A stretch of DNA of 63,317 nt, filler included, from Trichomonas gallinae (lineage: Eukaryota): the NCBI GenBank assembly GCA_008369845.1. It is 3 parts of 3 records of this genome, joined end to end, with 100 filler letters (N's around TTAATTAATTAA, not from the genome) between each part and the next. Parts side by side here need not be neighbours in the genome. Positions count along the whole stretch, not along the records: positions 41,766 to 63,317 come from MRSU01001407.1; 2 more parts are not named here. The stretch is one strand, 5' to 3'. How positions within the stretch are numbered: position 1 is the first letter of the stretch; each line of letters begins with the position of its first letter. Positions 54,301 through 62,300 of the stretch are shown here, piece by piece. Under the pieces are notes generated by a model. The model did no database searches and had not been told where the DNA came from. It saw nothing but the letters and a program-made list of their open reading frames with translations. Position numbers and translations under genes: made by a program.

Positions 54301-55009
54301 TCAAGACATTTCATTCTCACCAACAATGATGTACCAGAAGCGCTCATACGAAGTCAAGCTCACCAACACATCAGGAATCAGGTTCGAATATACATGGGCA
54401 GTCGAAGACTTCAAAGCTATTCGTACTGCATCGCAAAACGTACCATTCTCAGTTATCCCATCAACAGGCTTCATCGATGCTGGCTCTTCGACGACATTTT
54501 CAGTCAATTTCGAACCAGAAGAAGTTGACGACTTCACAGCTAAACTCGTCTGCCAAATTCCTTATCTTTCGCAGATGGAGCCACCAGCCATTATTGTTTC
54601 TGGCCTTTCAAGGCGTCCTCTCTGCCACTTCAATGTCGAGATGAGCGATTACATATCTGCAGGAAGAAGGCATCCAGATTACACAGACGTTCTTCCTGAA
54701 GATATCAGAGTCGTTGAGTTATTCTCAACAGGCATCGGAAAGAGAGCAACGAAGAAGTTCGAAGTCATCAATCCGACTGCTTCTTCTTACGAAGTCAATT
54801 GGTCGAAAGTTGGCGCACAAAACACAAAGGATCCAATCGTTTGCGATACACCAGCTGCTTTGGTATCCAGCGGAAAGAGATACATGGTTGCATTTTCTTA
54901 TTTGCCAACGTCATCAAGAATTGTTGAATCACAATGGGATTTCCACATCCCAGAACATGGTGTTACAGTTCATTTCCTCATTGTTGGAAGAATTGTACCA
55001 ACAAAGTAA
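45389..55009 (+). CDS. HYDIN: Hydin (central-pair axonemal protein)
   Basis: 3206 aa with many ASH/Ig-like repeats (LDFG.V, I.N.G..P, F.I.P..G.I.PG). Central adenylate-kinase-like region (VIVHGSSGSGRTT, QPDCANGFVIDGLD) followed by MSEEDYLKLTDEE coiled coil, then GTCAYPDI, SPTMMYQ and RPLCHF. Confidence 0.93.
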   Translation: MNAKGSLILEPQFALFTPTHITAESKFTFRILSTAKTQLHYQWRSYPTDDEELDAISDLDLQDANDRNKARELVMFHSQVFRFENKENLIWPGQYVNCIAYFHPNLSVKHDDTAYLYVMETGERIPFRLQGTGLSPEAKFSVSSINVGHVTLDSVMEYEVFLENTGEVICDFSLTPKTVQNLIFEFTPSSGHIEIGEKVPIRIKFTANYVGQFTETFEFHIKGVSQNHPTIGLYGRVVGPTFSIDVARLDFGKVSYGFLYTKTFEISNKSEIPFDYSLALSHDGSFSRREFSISPQTGLIGKFSKQIVTIEFIPMKAHDYNLELIFNIDKFGEKMATIPISAECISPNVYLVKDVINLGNIFIGAEYRSKLHFKDDTDLPAKYEYIPATDSSMLQANITVSHPNGVINAHTTTDMDFIIVPKQLGPLDIVQHIRFFGNENPPLPFTIKGTVTGPNIQFSQDNINFGRIQVLKDVSHQVVITNNSQINASFTATVECDGENFRIEPSEGYIQAGGQFPVKIIAQLDDTVEFKGKVVFRFDNLNPLYINLKALGTGSTIVPSIPMTSLDLGNIFTEVPNVKKFTLTNKGRRNQELRFSIQKPKLSSSEGVKFSCTITPEVQVLAPGQESKFTLSVQSDKTISFTDGIMCHATVGKQRQEIFTLYLKGTFVKPFISFNKNVVQFTHIHDAEKEEELTGKEKSSKNITPPPELLPILKNDFEINNASKLALTVKAECPMPFSISETTFVLDAGQKKKLTVTFDPTFKEDYSCETINKRIVFTYKEHPQVSTLNLQGSLIFPNIVFKPDKKIDFGILLYNTEQSKDVTMQNPTDLPVDFVWELFPDGNGVDVKNIFDIYPIRGHIEPKSADTVHISFFSQMDSEGRSTTFQGRAVCHVIGGPDYTMKLVGGSANIQYKLDPVEMDLGDIGYLDNINTSVTLTNCSDVPLNFAVKIPKGTAFTTFVVTPTEGTIQVNAFQKFSIIMTPGLPREFDETFFIRIGHFDEARVNIRVNCFIPQCKLSLPRHEADPLMVQYHQKFDNKKLKNIRRKDTLALTSTATSMGEEEDEEDVVEQLPTDQELAEIEKQLLIQKLTNKQMFDQSTLRRRRQKGEPVPVYEGYVASRFILDMGKIVFGKKETFKFTIMSMAPSPISFELVTKELNDTGFMIEPTSFKDVKPNEPIEVLVTFDIKKKRPDLNGDVEFTLPLLFNIDYAYIIFFRAKLQKPTLNLSQTHFDFGTTIVGQTYTMTLQLQNMNTVPVEFKFSDAQYSNVLQRSIAKDPGFVNVFTATPSFGCLPPVSFQNIDISFLPTQEKNYSMQFPIDIKYNNQTVFVTLKGQGVQLKVTFDPPELHLPPILPFSDPSQIKVKMVNPTGYPIEVIATQFDLQLLIEEESAKRNMILDNSQNISDTEIFGQNPPQAPQTPAVSKFSICVIVHGSSGSGRTTISNLVSKYLGNVPIISCKSLWQELLKQTDPAPLQADFVSTFSDRIMQPDCANGFVIDGLDGLPENDELEQFYTHCLKTKNIWDEVLKNPFTQYQHQALSAAEQALSYILAALDGHYVFMVALHATEDVLNDRKDAMASQERRRKRHEAAAEKVALFKMSEEDYLKLTDEERQAVDKKRESYRRRMLKQAIESDAEKGIVNADLDILSSRRRSSSHRSSKDKGEKKERRESSAKDKSEKKEKSQNKEERRKHSKDKRSSSTKGEKEEKEPKDSSRREKDSKDPRRRDKDSGLKSPKGDNPEKKKIRSLKAMPTDPIQRDIIIFTFTLGTIVQRLKDGGEQFAAIDPHDIMKESALPSAMASKMSLPPFEPVALGSATPNSKSKSQVLDDNLVQPVMSALNCLLLESGANKPEEANTFIMEFIPQINQLKEKAFTRLIPAARITLPDPSTLMKATLSQMPKYFSIVVEEPFTPEQINTQHVMRPDSTTKSGRKSRTRKDRSNEPLFAEDYDLSKRTPVWKIEPNSSQILTIQFDAQLAGSYKDNIIFQLINGRSDLTKLRVVGTCAYPDITRDLKLLFPKRVARLDSKTEMAFVADQQQFYFGSLLVVKDRNPKAPPAYRQAITLTNPSLFPVELSAFLMDTPPKSPWVIEKPTLTIEPGQNAEFSFGIHPTQPDIYHNTVIFFIKDHPEPFTFQMGAEGCIPTIDISNFNLEFEKLLLNQTKTLSIDLKNTGKIPAAWRLKGQQQLGNNFTFNCTEGLLNPRGSFTITVVFTSNKPLAVKKAIQIEILDKDNAHVFSSKNINISAEAFDVNFDFQYPKGMDHLQFGMMKVSQQKSIAVTLKNKGKYPSLFKITVTGLKIQKLFTITPNEGTLNSNDKPLSINFTFTSPRLVSYANAKGLALVITDSLTNTVTATLPLPFSAQTVYSSFLINPTGTIDFGALSTNEQLTKQITIENNGSFPFEYDIQPKPEPVDLKEMQTTKGKKKAPAKPTTPTRKVGRGKEKSVLCGNYIIVPSQQVVPPGQKVSIDIDFQSATDGTFDSTALISITDVDTTKTPGPIPISFHATVHTPAITTHDFEKIFVGTMLSLRCDISKNPQTAFLEDEQLLYFAARIIGQKAEVPMCLTNPLPIPCTVDITLKPNAKGKAALQNFPFDVNEKTVTIGPNGKYTVNLSFLPTLTDKFLATAECVVRGNANGEGRMLKFGLEGTGTLPAISVVGEKDKPGKNGVIAINLGKTLIGFTKEKTICLANDGMIPAKLAISAKASPDFELNNVDSAQEFILDPGHRFNLPIVYSPQKVRKGQFDINVAVIDNPKSNISLSITAEGFSEDVIFEGLQEDESDLYFRDNVVGRQQQATFVMHNVSQNHIKFNWPAHTDFSFSPRVGHLRMGQRKTITVTFFTDKPVKHNGVKISCQWQKIEFANPNAHDWDDSMKVIKFVTKGSIRLQELAKEQALKQEQATKSKSPKSPNSSKKQIHEQLEPLNIPDPTDNEIVKVVEIKPEPENTPQPQKCKDLVLRVFAISDYIKYHCDTQDISFSPTMMYQKRSYEVKLTNTSGIRFEYTWAVEDFKAIRTASQNVPFSVIPSTGFIDAGSSTTFSVNFEPEEVDDFTAKLVCQIPYLSQMEPPAIIVSGLSRRPLCHFNVEMSDYISAGRRHPDYTDVLPEDIRVVELFSTGIGKRATKKFEVINPTASSYEVNWSKVGAQNTKDPIVCDTPAALVSSGKRYMVAFSYLPTSSRIVESQWDFHIPEHGVTVHFLIVGRIVPTK

Positions 55010-55826
55010 TTTTATTATTTTATATAATTTATTATTGTGTGTATTAAACTTTATTTTGTATTTTTATTATTTTTTGGCTCAATATATTGCAGATATGAAT
55101 AATTTTCCCATAGTTCTATTATTAAAGGTATTAAAAAATTGACCAAGGGCAAAAAATGACTCACAGCGCATCCTTACATGTGAAAATAGAACATTAAAAT
55201 TTGTGACAAAATCACTTTACATTTATGACAGGTGAGTAAATTTTAGTAGTTCATTAAAATATTTTGAGGATAACAACATAATACATTAGAATATGATATA
55301 TTCATTGCGAACACTTAATAACTCAAAATTTTAAATGAGAGATAATTTTGAAATAAAAAGTGGCAACGGTCTTTTTTTTGAATTAGTGTCACCTTTATTT
55401 ACACTTAAAAAATAATTTTAGATCATTTTTAGAATCGGTATTTTAAATAATATGAAAAAATTTCTAAGAATTTCATTTCTGAATGATAATTGAAAAGAAT
55501 TCTGAATTATATTAGATTACTATATATAAGGATATACATTTTATCTTATGAACGGACATAATTTATTGTTAGTTCAGAATATTACGATCAGTTTTCAAAC
55601 TTATCGATATGGAACGATAATGATATTTTTGTTGAAGGCATATATCCTATCTATATTTCCCATAGTGCCAATTTCTGAAGAGAAATGCACAGAAATTTTA
55701 GTTATTCTTTAAAACAACTCATTATCTAGTAATCATAAGATTGATTTAAAGTTATTTTGGAAATTGAAGTCAAGTGATGCTATCAATTTATTACGAAAAA
55801 ATGCATCATCGACTAGAACACATCAA

Positions 55827-56867
55827 ATGTTTGTTGTAGCTTCTTTGTTTTTTTCCTACAGTGATTTCCCATCAAACGAATGCTCTGATAGAAGCAATGG
55901 AAACAGAGGAATAATCAAAAGATATAAAGATAAAAAACCAAAATTCGATAACTATTTAGATTCATATCATTATGTAGATCGCATCTAGCCACCATGGACA
56001 TCCTTATCTGGTTCAATTTGTTCTAAAAAAAAAATGGATTATTATGTTGTTTGTGCAGAAAGAGGATCAACAGTTACGAATATTTATCCCGCTTTTGACA
56101 GAGAGTACATAGGACATCATGATAGTTGGGATTGGCCAAGATATTTGTATGCAAACAGATGTTACCCATTTGAAATTGCATCGGATGCAACGTCAACAAT
56201 GATGATCAATGGAAAAATTAATGGATCAATCATTGATAATTCTTTGGTAACACTTCTCGATAAATTATCTGTTGACTGTATAGAAGGATATTACTCGGAT
56301 ACATGCGAGCATTATGTTGATGTTGATTGCAATGGAAATGGAGAAGAAAATTAGATGGCATGGGATGCGTGTGTAGACAGTTTACAGACAATATTTTCTG
56401 CGAAGACACATCGAAATCAGTCTTCGATGAGACAAGACAAGGTGTCAAATTTTCTTTTTACAATGATTTTAACAAGATTGACATTTCTTCAATATTGATT
56501 TTTCGCACAATGAATTTGGAGAGTCCTACTCAACAAACAGGTTAGAGTCCAAACATTATGTTCCACAAAACACAGATTTGCAAATCCAAATAACATCTAC
56601 TAAAAATAGTCAGCTTTCATTGATGGGAAGCAAGTTATTGATTCTGAGCTCTCTGATTCATTTGAGTGCCAAGAGAGAGAATTGTTCCGATCTGACCCAC
56701 AATGTGAATATTTCACTAAAGGATATCATAATGTCACAGTGCTTATGAATCCAGGATGAGCAATTAATGACCACAGCATTTCTCTGAGGTGGAAATTCTA
56801 TCGATGGTTCAGAAATAATCCAACAGGATACGAAGACATACCTCGAAGATATCTTGAAATCTATTGA
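55827..56867 (+). pseudogene. Degraded secreted-protein gene with EGF-like and PA14-like segments
   Basis: MFVVASLFFS start and an in-frame TAG at 55986 joining two track ORFs. CNGNGE/KLDGMGCVC is split by a frameshift at about 56350. The later frame reads AFIDGKQVID...FTKGYHNVTV...ISLRWKF...YEDIPRRYL with one internal TGA. Confidence 0.75.
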
Positions 56868-57102
56868 ACAATAGAATTTTGATTGATTTTTATTTTCATG
56901 AATAAATACTATCTGATATAAAGAAATTCGATTCATTACTTACAGCATAGGTGTTATAGATTAATTATGAGAGATTAATACCAAAATATTTCCAAAACAG
57001 ACACTAAAAATGCATAATTAGAAGAAAGAACAAATTTTATTCAATCATAAAACTTCTTCAGTTCTTCATTGCAGGATTAAAAATAAAAATAAATAATCGC
57101 TC

Positions 57103-57954
57103 TTAATGTTTCTTGTGTTTCAAGAATGTATCAGAATTGAGTTCCCTATATGCCTGGACAAGTTCCATCTGCGTGTTCATGACGATTGGACCTCCCCATG
57201 CCACAGGTTCGTTGATTGGAGGTGCACTGAGCATGATCATCCTGACGCCATTCTCGCCTGCCTTGACAGCGACTTTGTCTCCATATGTAAATAAGACTGC
57301 TTGCCTGTTGTTGATCATGTTTCCGCTGTGCTCCTTTGTGAAGTCAGCAGATCCTTCGAACAAGTATGCGAACATTGTGTGATTTGGATCTGTTTCGAGC
57401 TCCCACTCAGCGTTTGGGTGGAGGTTTACGTCGAAGTAGTTCGCTGGAGTGTATTTTGGTGTGAATGCTCCCATCGTGCCTTTGTATGAACCTGCGATGA
57501 TCTTGAGCTGTCCACCGTCGAAGTCCACTGTTGGCATGTCTTCCTTCCTGATGTCGCCATACGATGGGTCGACCATCTTGTACTTCTTCGGAAGGTTGAG
57601 CCATATCTGGCAACCACGCATTCTCGGCTTCGCCTGTGGCATCTCCTGGTGGATGATTCCGCTTCCTGCTGTCATCCACTGTGTTTCTCCATCACGAATG
57701 ACACCTTTGTTTCCGAGTGAGTCCATGTGCTCAATCTCGCCATCGATCAAGTATGTTATTGTCTCCATTCCTCTGTGTGGATGCATTGGGAAACCTCTTA
57801 TGTATTCACTTGGGTCCGTTGAGTCGAAAGCATCGAGCATGAGCCATGGATCATAATCCTTCGTGTCAGCATTTCCGACAACGCGAACTAGTGCAACACC
57901 TGCACCATCGAATGTCTTGAATCCTTGCTTGACCTTGCTAACTGTCCTAAACAT
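57103..57954 (-). CDS. Pirin family cupin protein, bacterial type
   Basis: DGAGV, DPWLMLD, GFPMHPHRGMETITY, HMDSLGN, QWMTAGSGIIHQEMP, QIWLNLP, PINEPVAWGGPIVMNT. Start placed at the second Met (57954), just after Inr TCATTTTT. Confidence 0.96.
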   Translation of the reverse strand: MFRTVSKVKQGFKTFDGAGVALVRVVGNADTKDYDPWLMLDAFDSTDPSEYIRGFPMHPHRGMETITYLIDGEIEHMDSLGNKGVIRDGETQWMTAGSGIIHQEMPQAKPRMRGCQIWLNLPKKYKMVDPSYGDIRKEDMPTVDFDGGQLKIIAGSYKGTMGAFTPKYTPANYFDVNLHPNAEWELETDPNHTMFAYLFEGSADFTKEHSGNMINNRQAVLFTYGDKVAVKAGENGVRMIMLSAPPINEPVAWGGPIVMNTQMELVQAYRELNSDTFLKHKKH

Positions 57955-58474
57955 GTTCAAGAAAAATGAACTCATTTCTATGACAAAAATTTGAATCCAT
58001 AAATTTTAACATTTTCTATAGTTTACAAAATATGCAGAATTTTTCAAAAGTTTACAAAATATGCGGAATCATTCTCAATTTTCTGACTACAATTTTGAAT
58101 CCATTGAGAATCACATTGATTAGTATGTGTCTACTATATCATTTTATTGTGTTAAAATGCAAAATTCTTTATTTTTTCAAAATATTTTTGAAAGACAAGT
58201 TGTTTTTGAAAGAATCGTTTTATCCCAGAAGTTTTATATGAAAATATAGACATATACTATGCATCATGAGTAGATATTAGTTATATATCCGAAGAATATC
58301 CAAACAAATTCTTTAAATTTGACATTCAATTTTCTCATTTTAATTGTTTTCATAAAAATGATACTATTTCTATCATATATTGATAGTTCTCATTTCATAT
58401 CAACTCACCAATCTTGAATAATCTTTATCAATAAATGCTCATGAGTCCAAACTAATTATTTTAAGGAAAATAAA

Positions 58475-58708
58475 AGAGGTGTAGAAACCAGTTTTTTTTG
58501 TATTTTTGCTCCAAACTTTATCTATATACTATATGTACATACATCATATTATATATCAAGTTTGAGCCGAAATGGTCCGGACAATTCTGAGATACGCGAA
58601 AACTCGTCATACCTAAGAATCATAAAAATTTATTAAATTTTTTCATTGCGATTTTTTTACTCTAAAAATAATTTTTCGTTTTTTCTTCATCGTCGTTTCT
58701 ACACCTCT
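58475..58708. mobile_element. Non-autonomous DNA transposon (MITE), 234 bp
   Basis: Perfect 14-bp TIRs AGAGGTGTAGAAAC (58475-58488) and GTTTCTACACCTCT (58695-58708), flanked by direct repeat AAAATAAA (58467-58474 and 58709-58716). No ORF inside. Confidence 0.85.
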
Positions 58709-59304
58709 AAAATAAAAGTCGAATAATAATATATACATTATAATATGATTGATAAACTAATTTCTATGTATTCTTTCAACATAATATTTTGATCTCCATA
58801 ATTTTTCCCTACTTCAAGTGCTGTAAAGACATAAATGATTTTAAAATGAGAATATCTATTAAAGGACAACAAGAATTGATTCATTTTTGATATATTCATA
58901 GACTCAAAAGATATATTTTCTAAAACCAGCAATGTCGTGTAATAAAATAATTCATATAGAGGTTATACATTATCATATCAAATTAAATTAACATTTCAAT
59001 AAAATACCTGCAATTATTGTACGATAATCAAGTCGCAGGAAATGAGCATAATTAAGTTTGTTGGAAATTGCAATGATATCCAAATTTACAGGACCTGATG
59101 TAAGGAAAAATAAAATCTCAAAAATAATTTCTCTAATGAGAACAAAGAAATGAATCCGTTCGCTGATATCAAAGCCTGATTTACAATATTTTTGTCTTAA
59201 AAAACAAACAATCAAAAAAAGATCGTTTATATTTATTTACAAAAGTTTACAAAAAAGTGAAGCAGAAATTTTTTTTTTGTAAATTTACAAAAAAATTCAA
59301 ATTT

Positions 59305-62300
59305 ATGGATTTACAGTTTACAATAGCTATTTATGATCCTAAAGAGAGGATTCAGCACCCGAAGCAGTCAAAACTCTTCAAATTTCGCATAAATAGCTTT
59401 GTTACTCAGTTTTTGGTGTTCAAAGGGATACTTGCTAAAGAAGATATCACTGAAAAAGCGGGTGTGATACCAAAAGAAATCACTAAACTGCAAAGTTTCC
59501 AATTTAATCAAGACGAGATATATTTAATACCAAAATTTACAGCGATAAATGGAAATAAATTCTTACAAACGTTTGCAGACTTGTATTATGTAAATTCAAT
59601 AGTCACAATATCTCCTAAGAGCGATTACGCGGCAGCTGCGTTAAGTATATTAAGAACTCTCGATGGTTTGAAATTTTTAAAACTTTATTCACCGGAAGCC
59701 GTTAGATTTGCAAACTTATCCATAAATAATTACGGAAAAAAGTGTAAGATTAACAAAACAGGCGCATTTTACACATATTTCTTCGATGATATCGAAACTG
59801 CACAACAATTCGATCAAATGAACTTCAGCATGATTAACGACACGGAATTAACGATATCTAAGTTCTTTAGAGTACCGGGTCACGTACTGAACGTGCAAAA
59901 AGCACCAGCAAGAACATATGGAATCAAAAATATTCTTCGAATTGAAAATAGCTTTTTAATTCCTCCAAATGAGGATGTTTCGAAAGCAAAAGTTTACTCA
60001 GCAGCAGATATTACGCTAAATTCAAGCAGTATTCCTCCATCGATGCCATCTGACGTTGTGCGTCCGATTTACGAGTTTTGCGGCCCAGTTTTATTCATGT
60101 CAAGCAACCGCGCGGGCCATTCCGTCACATTTGCAACAGCAGACGGATATCTTCGCGCATGCGATATTTACGGGCAGAAACCGGACAAAACAACATCGCC
60201 TCGTTTAGCTGATAGCAGGCCACCGAAATTAACGCCTCCTGGCGACGGAAAACTTAGCGGAAATAATTCGACTCCAGATTCGCCGATGGGAAAATTCCCT
60301 CCTAACGGTTTGAACTTCGAGATGGGTTCTGAAGGTTCCAATTCTAAATTTAATCCAATTGACTTCTCGAAGCCAAATACTCCGCCTGGAATGATTCCTC
60401 TTGGCGCAATGGAAAATAAAAGCGATGGACCGTTCAGTCCTATGAGAGGAGGCTTCGGAGGAATGAACGAAGGAATGAATAACGTTGGATCAATGAGAGG
60501 ATTTGGACAACCAATGGAAGAGAACAATAAATTCGGTCCATTAAGAGGCGGATTCGGCCAGCCATTGGATGACAATAAGATTAGTTCAGGAAGAGGCGGT
60601 TTTGGTCAACAATTCGAAGATAATAACAAATTCGGCCCAGTAAGGGGTGGATTCGGACAACCAATTGATGACAACAATAAATTCGGCGGAATGAGACCAG
60701 GATTTGGCGGAATGAATGATGATAACAAATTCGGCCCAGTTCGTGGTGGTTTTGGTCAACCACTTGATGATAATAAATTTGGACCAGTTAGAGGAGGCTT
60801 TGGACAGCCAATCGATGACTCAAACAAATTCGGTCCAGTTCGCGGAGGATTCGGTCAACAAATTGACGATTCGAACAAATTTGGCCCAGTGAGAGGCGGA
60901 TTCGGACAACCAATAGACGACACAAATAAGTTTGGACCTGTTCGCGGCGGTTTTGGACAATCAATTGATGATTCTAACAAATTCGGACCGGTAAGAGGTG
61001 GATTTGGACAGCCAATAGATGATAGCAATAAGTTTGGACCAGTCAGAGGCGGATTTGGTCAGCCTATTGATGATGGTAACAAATTTGGTCCTGTTCGTGG
61101 AGGATTTGGCCAACCAATCGATGATGGTAACAAATTTGGTCCTGTTAGAGGTGGATTCGGCCAGCCGATCGATAACATGAAGTTTGGACCAGGAAAAGGC
61201 GGATTTGGAATTCCAATGGAAGAAGCAAACAAGCCAATTCCATTAAATGGTGGAGTACAAAGCTTCCCACAGCCAGAAAAGATCGTTCCACCAGGCCAAG
61301 AGCAGCAAAACGAAAAAATTGACGAAAATGAAGAAAAACCAAAAGAAGAAGACGACAAGAACAAGCAGAAACCAAATCCACTGGCAACAAATATCGACCC
61401 CGATATGGCTTTCAACGAAGAAGATGAAAACCAGACAAATATCGGAATCAAAGAAGCATCAAGTGTCGGAAGTATAGCTTTACAACAACAGAAACTCGCA
61501 ACAACAACAGAAAAAGTCCATCCAGCAGATTTTAAGCTTCCACCATCAGAATTCAAACTTCCATTAAACGAAACTCCTTTCGGACAGGCACAAAACCAGA
61601 ACCAAAACATTCCAGCGCTCAAAGGTGGCCCATTCGATAGCTTCAGCCCAAGGCCAGGCATGGAGCAGCCAAGTGGATTAATGACTCCGAAAGTTTTCAA
61701 GGATACAGCGCCACCTGGAGCTCCTAACAACAAGAATGATGCATCAATGCTTCAACCAGGCCAGTTTTCGCCGAGACCTGGAATGGAATTTCCACCTGGT
61801 CAGTTTTCTCCGAGGCCTGGCATGGAAGTTCCACCAGGAATCCCTGTCGCTAACGATTTCACTGCTGTTCCACCTCAGAGATATTCTCCGAGACCAGGAG
61901 ATGGCGGCCCACCAAAGATGATGGGATTCGGCATGGGAATGGGCATGCAGGAAGTAGAACCAGGGCAGTTCTCGCCGAGACCTGGTGACGAGAACTTTGT
62001 TTTCCATCCGTTCGGCCAACAGAACAATTTCGACGGAACAGGAGGCTTCAAGAGAGCTCCGCCGTTCGGAATGTCTCCACGTGGACCATTCGGTGGTTCT
62101 CCTTTCATGGACGAGTCGTCTTCATTCTCTCCGTTCAGAGAAGGACCGTTTTCAGGTGGCGGACCATTCGGTGGCGGAGATTTCGGCTTGCAGAGGGCTT
62201 CATTCAGTGGAACTCCACTTCAAATGCATGCACCAAAGCTTGCTTCCATCCCATCTCTGACTCCAGTTGAAGGAAAAGGCGGATTCGGAAAACCAGTACC

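Noticed and set aside
19720..55009. Flagellar gene cluster (DNAL1, LRRC71-like, hydin)
   Set aside because: The genes are separated by assembly gaps and many unrelated genes; chance co-occurrence in a flagellate is adequate.
57955..57975. MSSFFLN extension as a hydrogenosomal targeting peptide on pirin
   Set aside because: The segment overlaps an Inr-like TCATTTTT positioned for the second ATG and does not match the ML(S/T/A)..R pattern.
60529..61233. Regular 51-nt repeat as a possible CRISPR-like array
   Set aside because: Variation is concentrated at third codon positions within an open frame, with no unique spacers and no cas genes.
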